In this document: piece after piece, positions 1 through 7,473 of the stretch
Layout of the letters: each line of letters opens with the position of its first letter
Position numbering within the stretch: position 1 is the stretch's first letter
Virus record (IMG/VR): IMGVR_UViG_2778261177_000009
Location: 1-30,130 of that record
Origin: a virus
Taxonomy: Duplodnaviria > Heunggongvirae > Uroviricota > Caudoviricetes
Strand: one strand, 5' to 3'
DNA: 30,130 nucleotides
Notes under the pieces: generated by a model
Database searches by the model: none
Seen by the model: the letters and a program-made list of their open reading frames with translations, nothing else
What the model was told of the DNA's origin: nothing
Made by a program: the position numbers and the translations under genes

Positions 1-516
1 ATGAAATTTAAAAAATGTCTTCTGCCTGTGGCAATGTTAGCGTCATTCACTCTGGCAGGATGCCAGTCAAATGCTGATGATCATGCCGCCGATGTTTATC
101 AAACCGATCAACTGAATACCAAACAAGAAACTAAAACCGTTAATATTATTTCCATTCTTCCCGCAAAAGTTGCCGTAGACAACGCCCAAAATAAACGGAA
201 CGCACAAGCCTTCGGCGCGCTTATTGGCGCTGTCGCTGGCGGTGTTATCGGCCACAACGTCGGGTCTGGCAGCAATTCCGGAACGACAGCAGGTGCAGTT
301 GGCGGCGGAGCTGTAGGCGCGGCAGCGGGTTCTATGGTGAATGATAAAACCTTAGTGGAAGGTGTTTCTTTAACATATAAGGAAGGCACCAAAGTGTATA
401 CCTCCACCCAGGTGGGTAAAGAGTGCCAGTTTACGACAGGTTTAGCCGTTGTTATTACCACGACATATAACGAAACGCGTATTCAGCCAAATACCAAATG
501 TCCTGAAAAGAGCTAA
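1..516 (+). CDS. SlyB/Pcp-family glycine-zipper outer-membrane lipoprotein
   Basis: Signal peptide ending in lipobox LAGC (MLASFTLAGCQ); Gly/Ala-rich zipper core GALIGAVAGGVIGHNVGSG...GAVGGGAVGAAAG typical of SlyB/YcfJ-type lipoproteins. Family assigned from recall only. Confidence 0.6.
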   Translation: MKFKKCLLPVAMLASFTLAGCQSNADDHAADVYQTDQLNTKQETKTVNIISILPAKVAVDNAQNKRNAQAFGALIGAVAGGVIGHNVGSGSNSGTTAGAVGGGAVGAAAGSMVNDKTLVEGVSLTYKEGTKVYTSTQVGKECQFTTGLAVVITTTYNETRIQPNTKCPEKS

Positions 517-531
517 TAATCAGGAGGAGTC

Positions 532-1071
532 ATGAAGAAAGTTTTTCTTTGCGCCATCTTAGCCTCCTTAAGCTATCCGGCTATCGCCTCATCATTGCAG
601 GATCAACTCTCGGCTGTCGCAGAAGCGGAACAGCAAGGTAAAAATGAAGAGCAAAGGCAGCATGACGAATGGGTCGCGGAGCGCAACAGGGAAATCCAGC
701 AAGAGAAGCAACGTCGCGCAAACGCCCAGGCCGCGGCTAATAAAAGAGCGGCAACGGCAGCAGCGAATAAGAAAGCTCGTCAGGATAAACTGGACGCCGA
801 AGCCACTGCGGACAAAAAACGCGATCAAAGTTATGAAGATGAGCTACGCAGCTTAGAGATTCAGAAACAAAAACTGGCGCTGGCGAAAGAAGAAGCCCGC
901 GTTAAGCGCGAAAACGAATTTATCGATCAGGAACTGAAGCACAAAGCTGCGCAAACCGATGTGGTGCAATCTGAAGCTGACGCAAACAGAAATATGACTG
1001 AAGGCGGTCGCGATCTGATGAAAAGCGTGGGCAAAGCAGAAGAGAATAAATCAGATAGCTGGTTTAATTAA
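532..1071 (+). CDS. secreted, highly charged coiled-coil protein of unknown function
   Basis: AGGAGG RBS 6 nt upstream of the ATG; N-terminal Sec-type signal peptide (MKKVFLCAILASLSYPAIASS); remainder rich in K/E/Q/A/R; followed by a terminator. Confidence 0.5.
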   Translation: MKKVFLCAILASLSYPAIASSLQDQLSAVAEAEQQGKNEEQRQHDEWVAERNREIQQEKQRRANAQAAANKRAATAAANKKARQDKLDAEATADKKRDQSYEDELRSLEIQKQKLALAKEEARVKRENEFIDQELKHKAAQTDVVQSEADANRNMTEGGRDLMKSVGKAEENKSDSWFN

Positions 1072-1110
1072 TCGATGTTAGTAACTTCAATCCTATGATT
1101 CGTGAGTATA

Positions 1111-1142
1111 AAAAACCCTCTGTAGTAACAGAGGGTTTTGTT
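1111..1142. terminator. bidirectional rho-independent terminator
   Basis: 8-bp stem CCCTCTGT/ACAGAGGG with 4-nt loop, flanked by AAAAA upstream and TTTTGTT downstream; sits between the convergent plus-strand gene (stop 1071) and minus-strand Rz (stop 1256). Confidence 0.6.
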
Positions 1143-1255
1143 CATTCATAGTGCAGAGTCAAATCATTCCCACTCAATTATTTACAGTCATCGTAACCAA
1201 TTGACTGAAAACAAGTTTATGAAACGATAAATTCTGCATACCGTTTTATATACCG

Positions 1256-1756
1256 TCACCGGGAAATTGTACCCCGCTTCGTCAGTTCATCGTACTGCCT
1301 TTCGCAGACCCTTCCGGCTTCGGCTGCCCGGTCAGCGTATTCTGCCAGTTTTCGGTTTCGTTCGAGAGATTTTTCGAACACGTCGGTAAGCAAAATTCCG
1401 GTGTCTGCGGCTGACGACCCAGCGCCGACAGTGGCGTTATACTGCCTGAGCTGCTCACGGATGGCAACGAGCTGCTGCTGCAGCCGGCCAGCGCGAGCGG
1501 CAGCATCAAGAGCATCATTGCGCGCCTGGTCGATCCTCTGCTGCGCCTCACGTTCATTGGTTGCTTTCTCCTGTTCATCATGTTGACTGGCTTTCTCATC
1601 TTCTGCTTTGCGGTCAGCCTTCGCCTGCGCATACCCGGCGTCGTACTGTCTGTCACCGTGAATATTCCAGGCTATAACGCCGCCGGCCACCAGAGCAGCA
1701 AGCATCGACACGATAAGCAACTGTTTCCAGTATGCTTTCACGAATGCCGTGATCAT
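1256..1756 (-). CDS. Rz-like i-spanin (inner-membrane spanin)
   Basis: Start taken as the internal Met (MITAFVKAYWKQLLIVSMLAALVAGGVIAW), whose ATG overlaps the endolysin stop as ATGA. N-terminal TM helix then charged coiled-coil periplasmic domain; last gene of the lysis cassette. The 211-aa form in the ORF track is an upstream extension. Confidence 0.55.
   Translation of the reverse strand: MITAFVKAYWKQLLIVSMLAALVAGGVIAWNIHGDRQYDAGYAQAKADRKAEDEKASQHDEQEKATNEREAQQRIDQARNDALDAAARAGRLQQQLVAIREQLRQYNATVGAGSSAADTGILLTDVFEKSLERNRKLAEYADRAAEAGRVCERQYDELTKRGTISR
1282..1518 (-). CDS. Rz1-like o-spanin lipoprotein embedded in Rz (+1 frame)
   Basis: Internal Met begins MMLLMLPLALAGCSSSS (lipobox LAGC) followed by a short Pro-rich peptide (PQTPEFCLP); lies wholly inside the Rz reading frame. 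Confidence 0.45.
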   Translation of the reverse strand: MMLLMLPLALAGCSSSSLPSVSSSGSITPLSALGRQPQTPEFCLPTCSKNLSNETENWQNTLTGQPKPEGSAKGSTMN

Positions 1757-2382
1757 GATGCCAGCGCCTTCTTGGCCGACAGGTAACGCACACGGCGATC
1801 GTCGATGCCATTCTGCCCGCCGTTGATGATCTGCGTGACGCGCATCAGGTCGTCGGTGTACTTCAGGCATCCATATTTCACGAAGTACCACGCCGCGCTC
1901 CGCGCTGCATACTCGTCCTGCGCCAGCAGCTCCGGCTGCTTAACCAGATCCACCTTCAAGCCGTTGCCGCAGTCGCGATAGGTGTTCAGCCCGGTGATCT
2001 GGATAAGCCCGCGCCCGCGGTAAAACCAGCCGTCTGTCGGCCCGTTATTCCCCATGCGTTTGCTGTACACCAGATTGGCAATGGCCCGCTGCCTCTCCAG
2101 TGGCAACGATGGTTCACCCTGCCGGCGCCCGAGGGAATTAGCCTGGCCCTGCGTCAGTCGCCCGGCACGGACGAAACCAGCCAGCCCCGCCACGCTGTAA
2201 TTGAAGCTCTCAACGAGCTGGGTAAAGCCAGTGCTTTCATGCCCGGCCTGGGCAATAAACATCGCCTGATCCAGCGGCTTGATGATGCCAAACTCTTTCA
2301 TGGCCGCCACAATGTGCGGATGCCAGCGCGTGGCCAGCGACAAGTTAACGCCGGCAGCTTTCTGAAACTCGTTAATGTCCAT
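1753..2382 (-). CDS. endolysin, glycoside hydrolase family 19 (chitinase-like) lysozyme
   Basis: GAGG RBS; motifs FIAQAGHESTGF ... LVYSKRMGNNGPTDGWFYRGRGLIQITG characteristic of GH19 phage endolysins; sits between holin-like genes and Rz. Confidence 0.75.
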   Translation of the reverse strand: MDINEFQKAAGVNLSLATRWHPHIVAAMKEFGIIKPLDQAMFIAQAGHESTGFTQLVESFNYSVAGLAGFVRAGRLTQGQANSLGRRQGEPSLPLERQRAIANLVYSKRMGNNGPTDGWFYRGRGLIQITGLNTYRDCGNGLKVDLVKQPELLAQDEYAARSAAWYFVKYGCLKYTDDLMRVTQIINGGQNGIDDRRVRYLSAKKALAS

Positions 2383-2677
2383 GTTGCGACCTCGATATCT
2401 TGAAGATTTGCACGACGTTGCCGCGTGTCTTCAGCACCGCGGCGAACATCACAGCATTGATAACGACCTCAGAAAGATCTGCGGTCATAGGGAAGTGGTA
2501 CAGGTATGAGTACGCGGTGCGCAGCGGGATGCTGGCCGCCGCCACGATGAGGAAATAGGCTATCCACCCGCCCCAGCGGCGATGGCGCGATCCGTTGCGC
2601 TGGAAGAACATCACCCGCAGCGCTATACCGCCGCAGATGATGGAATTAGCGATAAGCAGCAGATCATGGCCTGTCAT
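2372..2677 (-). CDS. small membrane protein, holin/antiholin-like
   Basis: GGAGG RBS; about 100 aa with 2-3 predicted TM helices; overlaps both neighbours within the lysis cassette. Confidence 0.5.
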   Translation of the reverse strand: MTGHDLLLIANSIICGGIALRVMFFQRNGSRHRRWGGWIAYFLIVAAASIPLRTAYSYLYHFPMTADLSEVVINAVMFAAVLKTRGNVVQIFKISRSQHGH

Positions 2678-3077
2678 CGTCTTTTCCTCCCGGGATTAAA
2701 TCGCGCGGATTGTCAGAGCGGTGATACAGCCATATCCCAACCCGCACCGCGACAATTGCGGCAACGAACGCGCCGGCGGAGTAGACAATGCCCCGCTCGA
2801 ACGAGTCCTGTGTGATGGTGGGGATCATGCTGGCAACGCCGATAAGGATTGATGCTGTGGGTTTGTAGAAGAGAAGACCGCAGAGAAAGCTGAGTAGCGC
2901 CAGGAGAACGCGGCGCTTGAACGGATACTCAACTGCAGAGGTAACAAAAATTACCGCCCCGGCCAGCGATCCCAGCGCCACTTCAGGAGGTACGCCGGCG
3001 ATGACTGCTGCCAGCGCACCATAGCTAAGCCCCTGATTTATTGTATCAGCGGTTAGCGATGCAGACATGATGACCAC
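2664..3077 (-). CDS. holin-like membrane protein (possible dual start GTG 3077 / ATG 3068)
   Basis: Several hydrophobic helices and a charged C-terminal tail (GGKDDDRP); first gene of the lysis cassette. A strong AAGGAGG RBS lies just upstream but is in frame with a 12-codon upstream ORF, so the exact start is uncertain. Confidence 0.5.
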   Translation of the reverse strand: MVIMSASLTADTINQGLSYGALAAVIAGVPPEVALGSLAGAVIFVTSAVEYPFKRRVLLALLSFLCGLLFYKPTASILIGVASMIPTITQDSFERGIVYSAGAFVAAIVAVRVGIWLYHRSDNPRDLIPGGKDDDRP

Positions 3078-3133
3078 CGTTTACTATGCATGATGAACCT
3101 CCTTAGTTTGGTCAGTCCATCATACACAATAAA

Positions 3134-3151
3134 CCATTTATGGATAAATGG
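3134..3151. promoter_or_regulatory. perfect palindrome CCATTTAT-GG-ATAAATGG upstream of the lysis cassette
   Basis: Exact 8-2-8 inverted repeat in the 109-bp gap before the first holin gene, near a minus-strand -10-like TATGAT (3111..3116). Confidence 0.3.
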
Positions 3152-3186
3152 TAATCATGACAAATGATCATTGAAAACGTGTTTTT

Positions 3187-3459
3187 CTATGACAATAAAA
3201 GAATTGCCTCTTCAACAACCTGCTTTCTTTTTAATAACATCGTTTCAGTAGATGCTTCATTTTCTGCATCAATATACTTGTCTTGAAGTTCAAGTATTTT
3301 TAAATCTATAGCGTCGTCACATTCAATAACTCCACTTGCTATGATTTTGTCACGTTGATTTACTTGCGCTGTAGTGATATCGCTTCCGCTCATGTTTCCA
3401 TAATAATCAACGATAGCCTTGAATAACACATCTGCCTGTTTTGCATCTGAACCAGTCAT
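3187..3459 (-). CDS. small acidic protein translationally coupled to the tailspike
   Basis: Its ATG overlaps the tailspike stop (TAATG); 90 aa, acidic, no TM helix; lies in the same AT-rich block as the tailspike C-terminal domain. Confidence 0.5.
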   Translation of the reverse strand: MTGSDAKQADVLFKAIVDYYGNMSGSDITTAQVNQRDKIIASGVIECDDAIDLKILELQDKYIDAENEASTETMLLKRKQVVEEAILLLS

Positions 3460-5870
3460 TAATTATACCCCGCTATTCTGATTTCTTTCATATAATTGTT
3501 ATTTACGTTATGTGTCATTTTAAATAACACATACCAACTATATGCAAGTCCATGTGTTTCATCTGCCATTTTTACAAAGCCAGGGGCAGTTGACCCCATT
3601 TGAGTTACTATTGTAGTGTTTTCAACTCCAGATGTAGCAACTTTTGAATTAGAAAACGCCGTGTAAGGATCTGTATTTATATCTCCGTCAAACGATATCA
3701 TCTGAATTAAACTTGCTTCAACAGTAGATCCTGCTGCTGCTGCATTCTGATCAGGTGAAATGTTAAATCTTATAAAAGCTCTTATATCATCAATAGCTTT
3801 TATATCATCTGGAACCCTCCACATGAAGTAAAGATCAACACCGTTTTTTGTTGATACTAATTTGTTAAATGTCCATGATAATGTGTCTGCTTTGTCGTTC
3901 AGAATTATTTCTGATGGTCTTAAATAAAAATATCTTCTGAACCAACCAAGAACAGTATTATTGGTTAAAAACCATGATTGCAGGTTTGTGCCACCAAAGC
4001 CTATAGATTTAGGGTTTTTATTTATTTTGTTTCCGCTTGCGTTATTATTTGCGAAATACAACTCATTTATGTATGCCCCCTTACCATGAAATGCATCAAT
4101 AACAGAGTATTTTGCACGAAGAGCGACAACATTATCAGCTGATGCAGAAATGTTTCTTATAATATTCGGCATGTTAGCATCATTATATGAATCATCAGTA
4201 TAGTAGGTGGCTACACCATTAATGCAGTCACCAACATCTATATTCTCAACAAGACAACCTTTTGCATTATTTAATAGAACCATCTCCGAAGATGCTGTAC
4301 GACCTAATTTTGCAGCTCGTAAATCTTTAAACCCACAGTTTTCTACAAAGTTTGTAGCAGCTCCTGAACCATTAATAGTTCCGGCAGTCATAGGCTTAAG
4401 TAGATCACAATCTTCAATCCAGCAATCTGTTGAGTTTGCAATAAAACCAAATGCATAATAAGTGCGAACAAGATCCGCCTTTTCAACGGTAGCACCTTTT
4501 GCAATTACATCATAACAAGATGGAGAAGAGGAAGAACTATCGTTACCAAAGTTAAACAATTGAGTCCAACCATCACCAACCACATCGAAAAATCTTATAT
4601 GCTGTGCATTAACACAATTAAATGCATAGCCTCCCCAATAGCTGGAATCAGTAAACACTGCAGACATGCGCAAGCCATAAACTTTACATTTCTCACACTG
4701 AACATAAGACTGATTATCTCTCAGGTAAGATTTCAGTGGTAACTCTGCCATCGTAGAATCAGCAACGGAAGACGGGTAATTACCGGAATTGTATGCCGCT
4801 TTTGCTTTTTTATAGTTCCATTCTCTGCCACTCCCAAAAACGAAACCACCACGACCATACATTGACAATGGGTTTATCTGTTTTACCGTAGCCCCATATC
4901 CTATAATTACAACATTGCTGGGTACGAACTGAATAAAATCAATCCAATAGGTTTTACCTGGTGTGAAATATGCTACACCGCCACCTAAAGATCGTAACCA
5001 CTCAAACATATTAAACATTTTTTTAGAATTAGCATGAGCGTCTGGCTGGGAATCAGTAATAACGCCCCATGCCTCAGGACAAGTCCACTTACCAATAAGT
5101 TGATTTAAAGATCCAGACCCTGGCATGCCCAGCAAAGACATACCAAGACCATCTTCATGAGATGCTAACTTTATTGCGAGATCTGCTGTATCTGTCATCG
5201 AAAAAACAGGTATTGGCTTTCCGTTGCTATCCCATCCTAACAACGAGTTTTTCCGAACAGATACCGGGCTTAGTTGGTCAACAGTGCTTTCTGGAACCCG
5301 TAGAGTTCTCGCAAAATTACTGTCAATCTTCTGATCAAGAATGGCATCACCAGCTTTCCAGGCATTGGTGTTGTCAACGATCTGCCCATCAACATAATTC
5401 TTCGTGGCTGCGTCCTGCGCCTGTGACGGGTCACGAAGGTTACGAATGCGGTTGTTGAGTGCGTCATAATAGTTCGCGATGAACGACGGCTTGCGCAGCG
5501 CCAGGCGTAGAAAGCTGAAACACTGCTGGATAAGCATGGTCAGCTTGTCGAACGCATCCTCATGGACCTCTGCGAAGAACTTCCCCTGGTTACGGAGGTC
5601 AGTCTCTTGGGTAACTGGGAGGTCGCGCGAGATAGAAATCTGCCATCCGTTGGCCAGCGGTGACATCAGCACGACATTCCCGCCAGAATAGGTACCCGCC
5701 CCGGTAACGGAGTAATCGGTATCCAGAGTCAGCACCGTAATATTTTCGTTAAGGTCAGCGACCTGGACGGTGAGATCTGACTTCTTGAAGATGCGGAACG
5801 TGTACGGGAAAGATGTGGTAACGCCGTTCCCTGTGTAGTCGTTATGGTCGACTTCGGTTGAGACCGTCAT
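3459..5870 (-). CDS. tailspike protein (conserved N-terminal virion-attachment domain plus beta-helix receptor-binding/depolymerase domain)
   Basis: GGAG RBS; 803 aa; N-terminus MTVSTEVDHNDYTGNGVTTSFPYTF recalled as the conserved tailspike anchor of epsilon15/phiV10-type phages; C-terminal two thirds are AT-rich with Gly/Asn/Ser-rich beta-helix-like repeats. Confidence 0.8.
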   Translation of the reverse strand: MTVSTEVDHNDYTGNGVTTSFPYTFRIFKKSDLTVQVADLNENITVLTLDTDYSVTGAGTYSGGNVVLMSPLANGWQISISRDLPVTQETDLRNQGKFFAEVHEDAFDKLTMLIQQCFSFLRLALRKPSFIANYYDALNNRIRNLRDPSQAQDAATKNYVDGQIVDNTNAWKAGDAILDQKIDSNFARTLRVPESTVDQLSPVSVRKNSLLGWDSNGKPIPVFSMTDTADLAIKLASHEDGLGMSLLGMPGSGSLNQLIGKWTCPEAWGVITDSQPDAHANSKKMFNMFEWLRSLGGGVAYFTPGKTYWIDFIQFVPSNVVIIGYGATVKQINPLSMYGRGGFVFGSGREWNYKKAKAAYNSGNYPSSVADSTMAELPLKSYLRDNQSYVQCEKCKVYGLRMSAVFTDSSYWGGYAFNCVNAQHIRFFDVVGDGWTQLFNFGNDSSSSSPSCYDVIAKGATVEKADLVRTYYAFGFIANSTDCWIEDCDLLKPMTAGTINGSGAATNFVENCGFKDLRAAKLGRTASSEMVLLNNAKGCLVENIDVGDCINGVATYYTDDSYNDANMPNIIRNISASADNVVALRAKYSVIDAFHGKGAYINELYFANNNASGNKINKNPKSIGFGGTNLQSWFLTNNTVLGWFRRYFYLRPSEIILNDKADTLSWTFNKLVSTKNGVDLYFMWRVPDDIKAIDDIRAFIRFNISPDQNAAAAGSTVEASLIQMISFDGDINTDPYTAFSNSKVATSGVENTTIVTQMGSTAPGFVKMADETHGLAYSWYVLFKMTHNVNNNYMKEIRIAGYN

Positions 5871-5973
5871 GTTAAATCTCCAGATAGTCGCAGCACCCGT
5901 TGCGCCGCATATCCGGTTATTTTATTACCTGAAAAACCACATATGGATAGATAGACTGTGAATTCGAACAGAT

Positions 5974-5990
5974 ATTACCTTTCAGGTAAT
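5974..5990. promoter_or_regulatory. TTACC-N5-GGTAA palindrome, site A (ATTACCTTTCAGGTAAT)
   Basis: Perfect 7-3-7 inverted repeat in the gap between the tailspike start and the LexA-box gene; member of a six-site family. Confidence 0.5.
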
Positions 5991-6026
5991 TTTAAAAACG
6001 TGCTGGATAGCAAATAAATTATTTGA

Positions 6027-6046
6027 TACTGTATAAATATACAGTT
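6027..6046. promoter_or_regulatory. LexA (SOS) box TACTGTATAAATATACAGTT
   Basis: Matches the E. coli LexA consensus TACTGTATATATATACAGTA at 18 of 20 positions with intact CTGT-N8-ACAG core; ends 20 nt upstream of the ATG at 6066. Confidence 0.7.
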
Positions 6047-6065
6047 ATTGCATGGAGAAGATAAG

Positions 6066-6323
6066 ATGCAGCAGTATCACTATCCACTGGAAGAGGGATT
6101 TACCGAAAGGATTCACACGCCGGGAGGCGTCAGGTCACTGGTGGAGGGATCGCACTTGATGAAATTACTCCGGGATCTCGATAAGGATGGATTTAATGTC
6201 GATGGCCCACTTGCCGAACTGACTGCACTGATTAACTACGTCACCAGCTCACAGATGTCTATGCGGGATCTGCAAACACATCTCGACTATTGTGCCGAAC
6301 AATTACGAAAACAAACCCGGTAA
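6066..6323 (+). CDS. small SOS-regulated protein, candidate antirepressor-type module
   Basis: First in-frame ATG with GGAG RBS (the ORF track starts at a TTG at 6048); LexA box just upstream; about 40 percent identical by eye over about 75 aa to the C-terminal domain of the AntA-domain protein at 7474..8130. Confidence 0.6.
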   Translation: MQQYHYPLEEGFTERIHTPGGVRSLVEGSHLMKLLRDLDKDGFNVDGPLAELTALINYVTSSQMSMRDLQTHLDYCAEQLRKQTR

Positions 6324-6327
6324 ATTT

Positions 6328-6350
6328 AAAGGCCGCAAGAGCGGCCTATC
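6328..6350. terminator. hairpin terminator between convergent genes
   Basis: Stem GGCCGC / GCGGCC with loop AAGA, T-rich sequence on both sides; overlaps the stop of the minus-strand gene 6346..7074. Confidence 0.45.
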
Positions 6351-7074
6351 GTTTCGCTTTGTGCTCATCCCAGCACGTTTTGCACCATGCCATTAAACCA
6401 TCCGCATTTTGATTATTAGGGTAAAAGCTGGTTCGTTTTCTGCGGACATTACAAATTGGGCACCACTTCATATGGCGTGTATTCTTTGGGCCATCGAGAC
6501 ACCTTGCACACCACTTAGTCAATCCATCTGGATTTTTTGACGATTTCCTGAATTTTTCATATGGAAGGTTTATTCTGCATCGCAAGCACTGCTTGCTACC
6601 ACTTGAGACTCTATTAGCTGATTCTTCTTTTGGCGGCGATACAGAAGGTATTCTTGCTGGCTCTGATACTGCCTGAGGTGCTTTTTTAGATGACTGAGAC
6701 GATATGTCATCACCAGGGAATCTTCCATGATATGCCGGAGGCGTTGACACTCCAGGTGGAAGCTCAGCTGTAAACGGCTTTGGCTGAATCAGTTGCCTCT
6801 CTTTTGCTAACTCCTGCTGTTTATAATATGTCTGGATTACCGCACTATCATAAGCAGGAGGTGCGGAAATATTAGGCGCATTACCTCCAGTTTTTTGAAA
6901 CTGAGTAGAGGTGTGTTCTATCACCTGTGTACGATTAATCGTTATCTCTCCATCTTCGGTCTTTATCGTTTTGTTATGATTAACGACCGTACGATCAGAG
7001 ATCTTAGTCTTGTTCTGGTTGATAACGTAAATAATCACCGCAACCACACCAACAACTATCCAGAAAACTTCCAT
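6346..7074 (-). CDS. membrane-anchored protein with two tandem C-x2-C-x22-C-x2-C zinc-ribbon repeats
   Basis: GAGGA RBS; N-terminal TM helix (VFWIVVGVVAVIIYVI), Pro/Ser-rich linker, then two repeats CLRC..(22)..WCARC and CPIC..(22)..WCKTC sharing a DGL-x2-WC core. Confidence 0.6.
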   Translation of the reverse strand: MEVFWIVVGVVAVIIYVINQNKTKISDRTVVNHNKTIKTEDGEITINRTQVIEHTSTQFQKTGGNAPNISAPPAYDSAVIQTYYKQQELAKERQLIQPKPFTAELPPGVSTPPAYHGRFPGDDISSQSSKKAPQAVSEPARIPSVSPPKEESANRVSSGSKQCLRCRINLPYEKFRKSSKNPDGLTKWCARCLDGPKNTRHMKWCPICNVRRKRTSFYPNNQNADGLMAWCKTCWDEHKAKR

Positions 7075-7093
7075 TGCTTTTCCTCACAATAAC

Positions 7094-7110
7094 ATTACCT
7101 TAAAGGTAAT
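7094..7110. promoter_or_regulatory. TTACC-N5-GGTAA palindrome, site B (ATTACCTTAAAGGTAAT)
   Basis: Perfect palindrome 20 bp upstream of the start of the minus-strand gene 6346..7074; includes a TACCTT that could be a plus-strand -10 preceded by TTGCTT. Confidence 0.5.
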
Positions 7111-7186
7111 ATCTTGCTTTCAGGTGATCAAGCGTTAAACGCAACCAACCAAATACGGTTGATTTTAATATTTCTTCGTGTTTATC

Positions 7187-7204
7187 ATTACCTTTGCGGT
7201 AAAT
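7187..7204. promoter_or_regulatory. TTACC-N5-GGTAA palindrome, site B2 (ATTACCTTTGCGGTAAAT)
   Basis: Second copy 93 bp downstream of site B, in the leader of the antirepressor-like gene. Confidence 0.45.
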
Positions 7205-7292
7205 TTACATCGCACTCCTCTTGTGCCATAGTAATCGGGCACTGGCAAAATCCAGTGCCGGGATTGGTCTCCCGGATTACTAAGTGGCGCAT

Positions 7293-7316
7293 ACCACGCC
7301 AGACGTGGTTTTTTTA
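7293..7316 (+). terminator. intrinsic terminator inside the 5' leader of the antirepressor-like gene
   Basis: Stem ACCACG / CGTGGT with loop CCAGA followed by TTTTTTT; preceded by another stable hairpin (GGCACTGG / CCAGTGCC, 7238..7259). Confidence 0.45.
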
Positions 7317-7473
7317 TGCGTATAGCACAGTCATGCCAGAATTATGGTGGGCTGAATGGGGGTCCGAAAGGACGCCGGTACCACTTAGGCCGGTAAGACC
7401 AACTCCGTTCAGTTCACCACCATCTGATTGGTCTCAGCGGTGGTGATGTAATTCGCTAAGTGGAGACACCATC

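Noticed and set aside
1757-1891. Upstream 45-codon extension of Rz in the ORF track (211-aa form)
   Set aside because: The extension overlaps the endolysin 3' end in another frame; the internal Met gives the classic ATGA stop-start overlap and begins directly at the TM helix.
3076-3091. 12-codon upstream ORF (MHSKRWSSCLHR) with AAGGAGG RBS overlapping the holin start
   Set aside because: Too short to call a gene; may be a leader peptide or translational-coupling device. Mentioned in the lysis-cassette finding only.
4775-4784. GGTAATTACC palindrome inside the tailspike coding region
   Set aside because: It shares half-sites with the TTACC-N5-GGTAA family but in inverted order with no spacer, and it is intragenic; treated as coincidental.
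7114-7446. 110-codon plus-strand ORF between palindrome site B and the antirepressor-like gene
   Set aside because: No RBS, Trp/Pro/Arg-rich odd composition, and it spans hairpins and an intrinsic terminator; more likely structured leader RNA.
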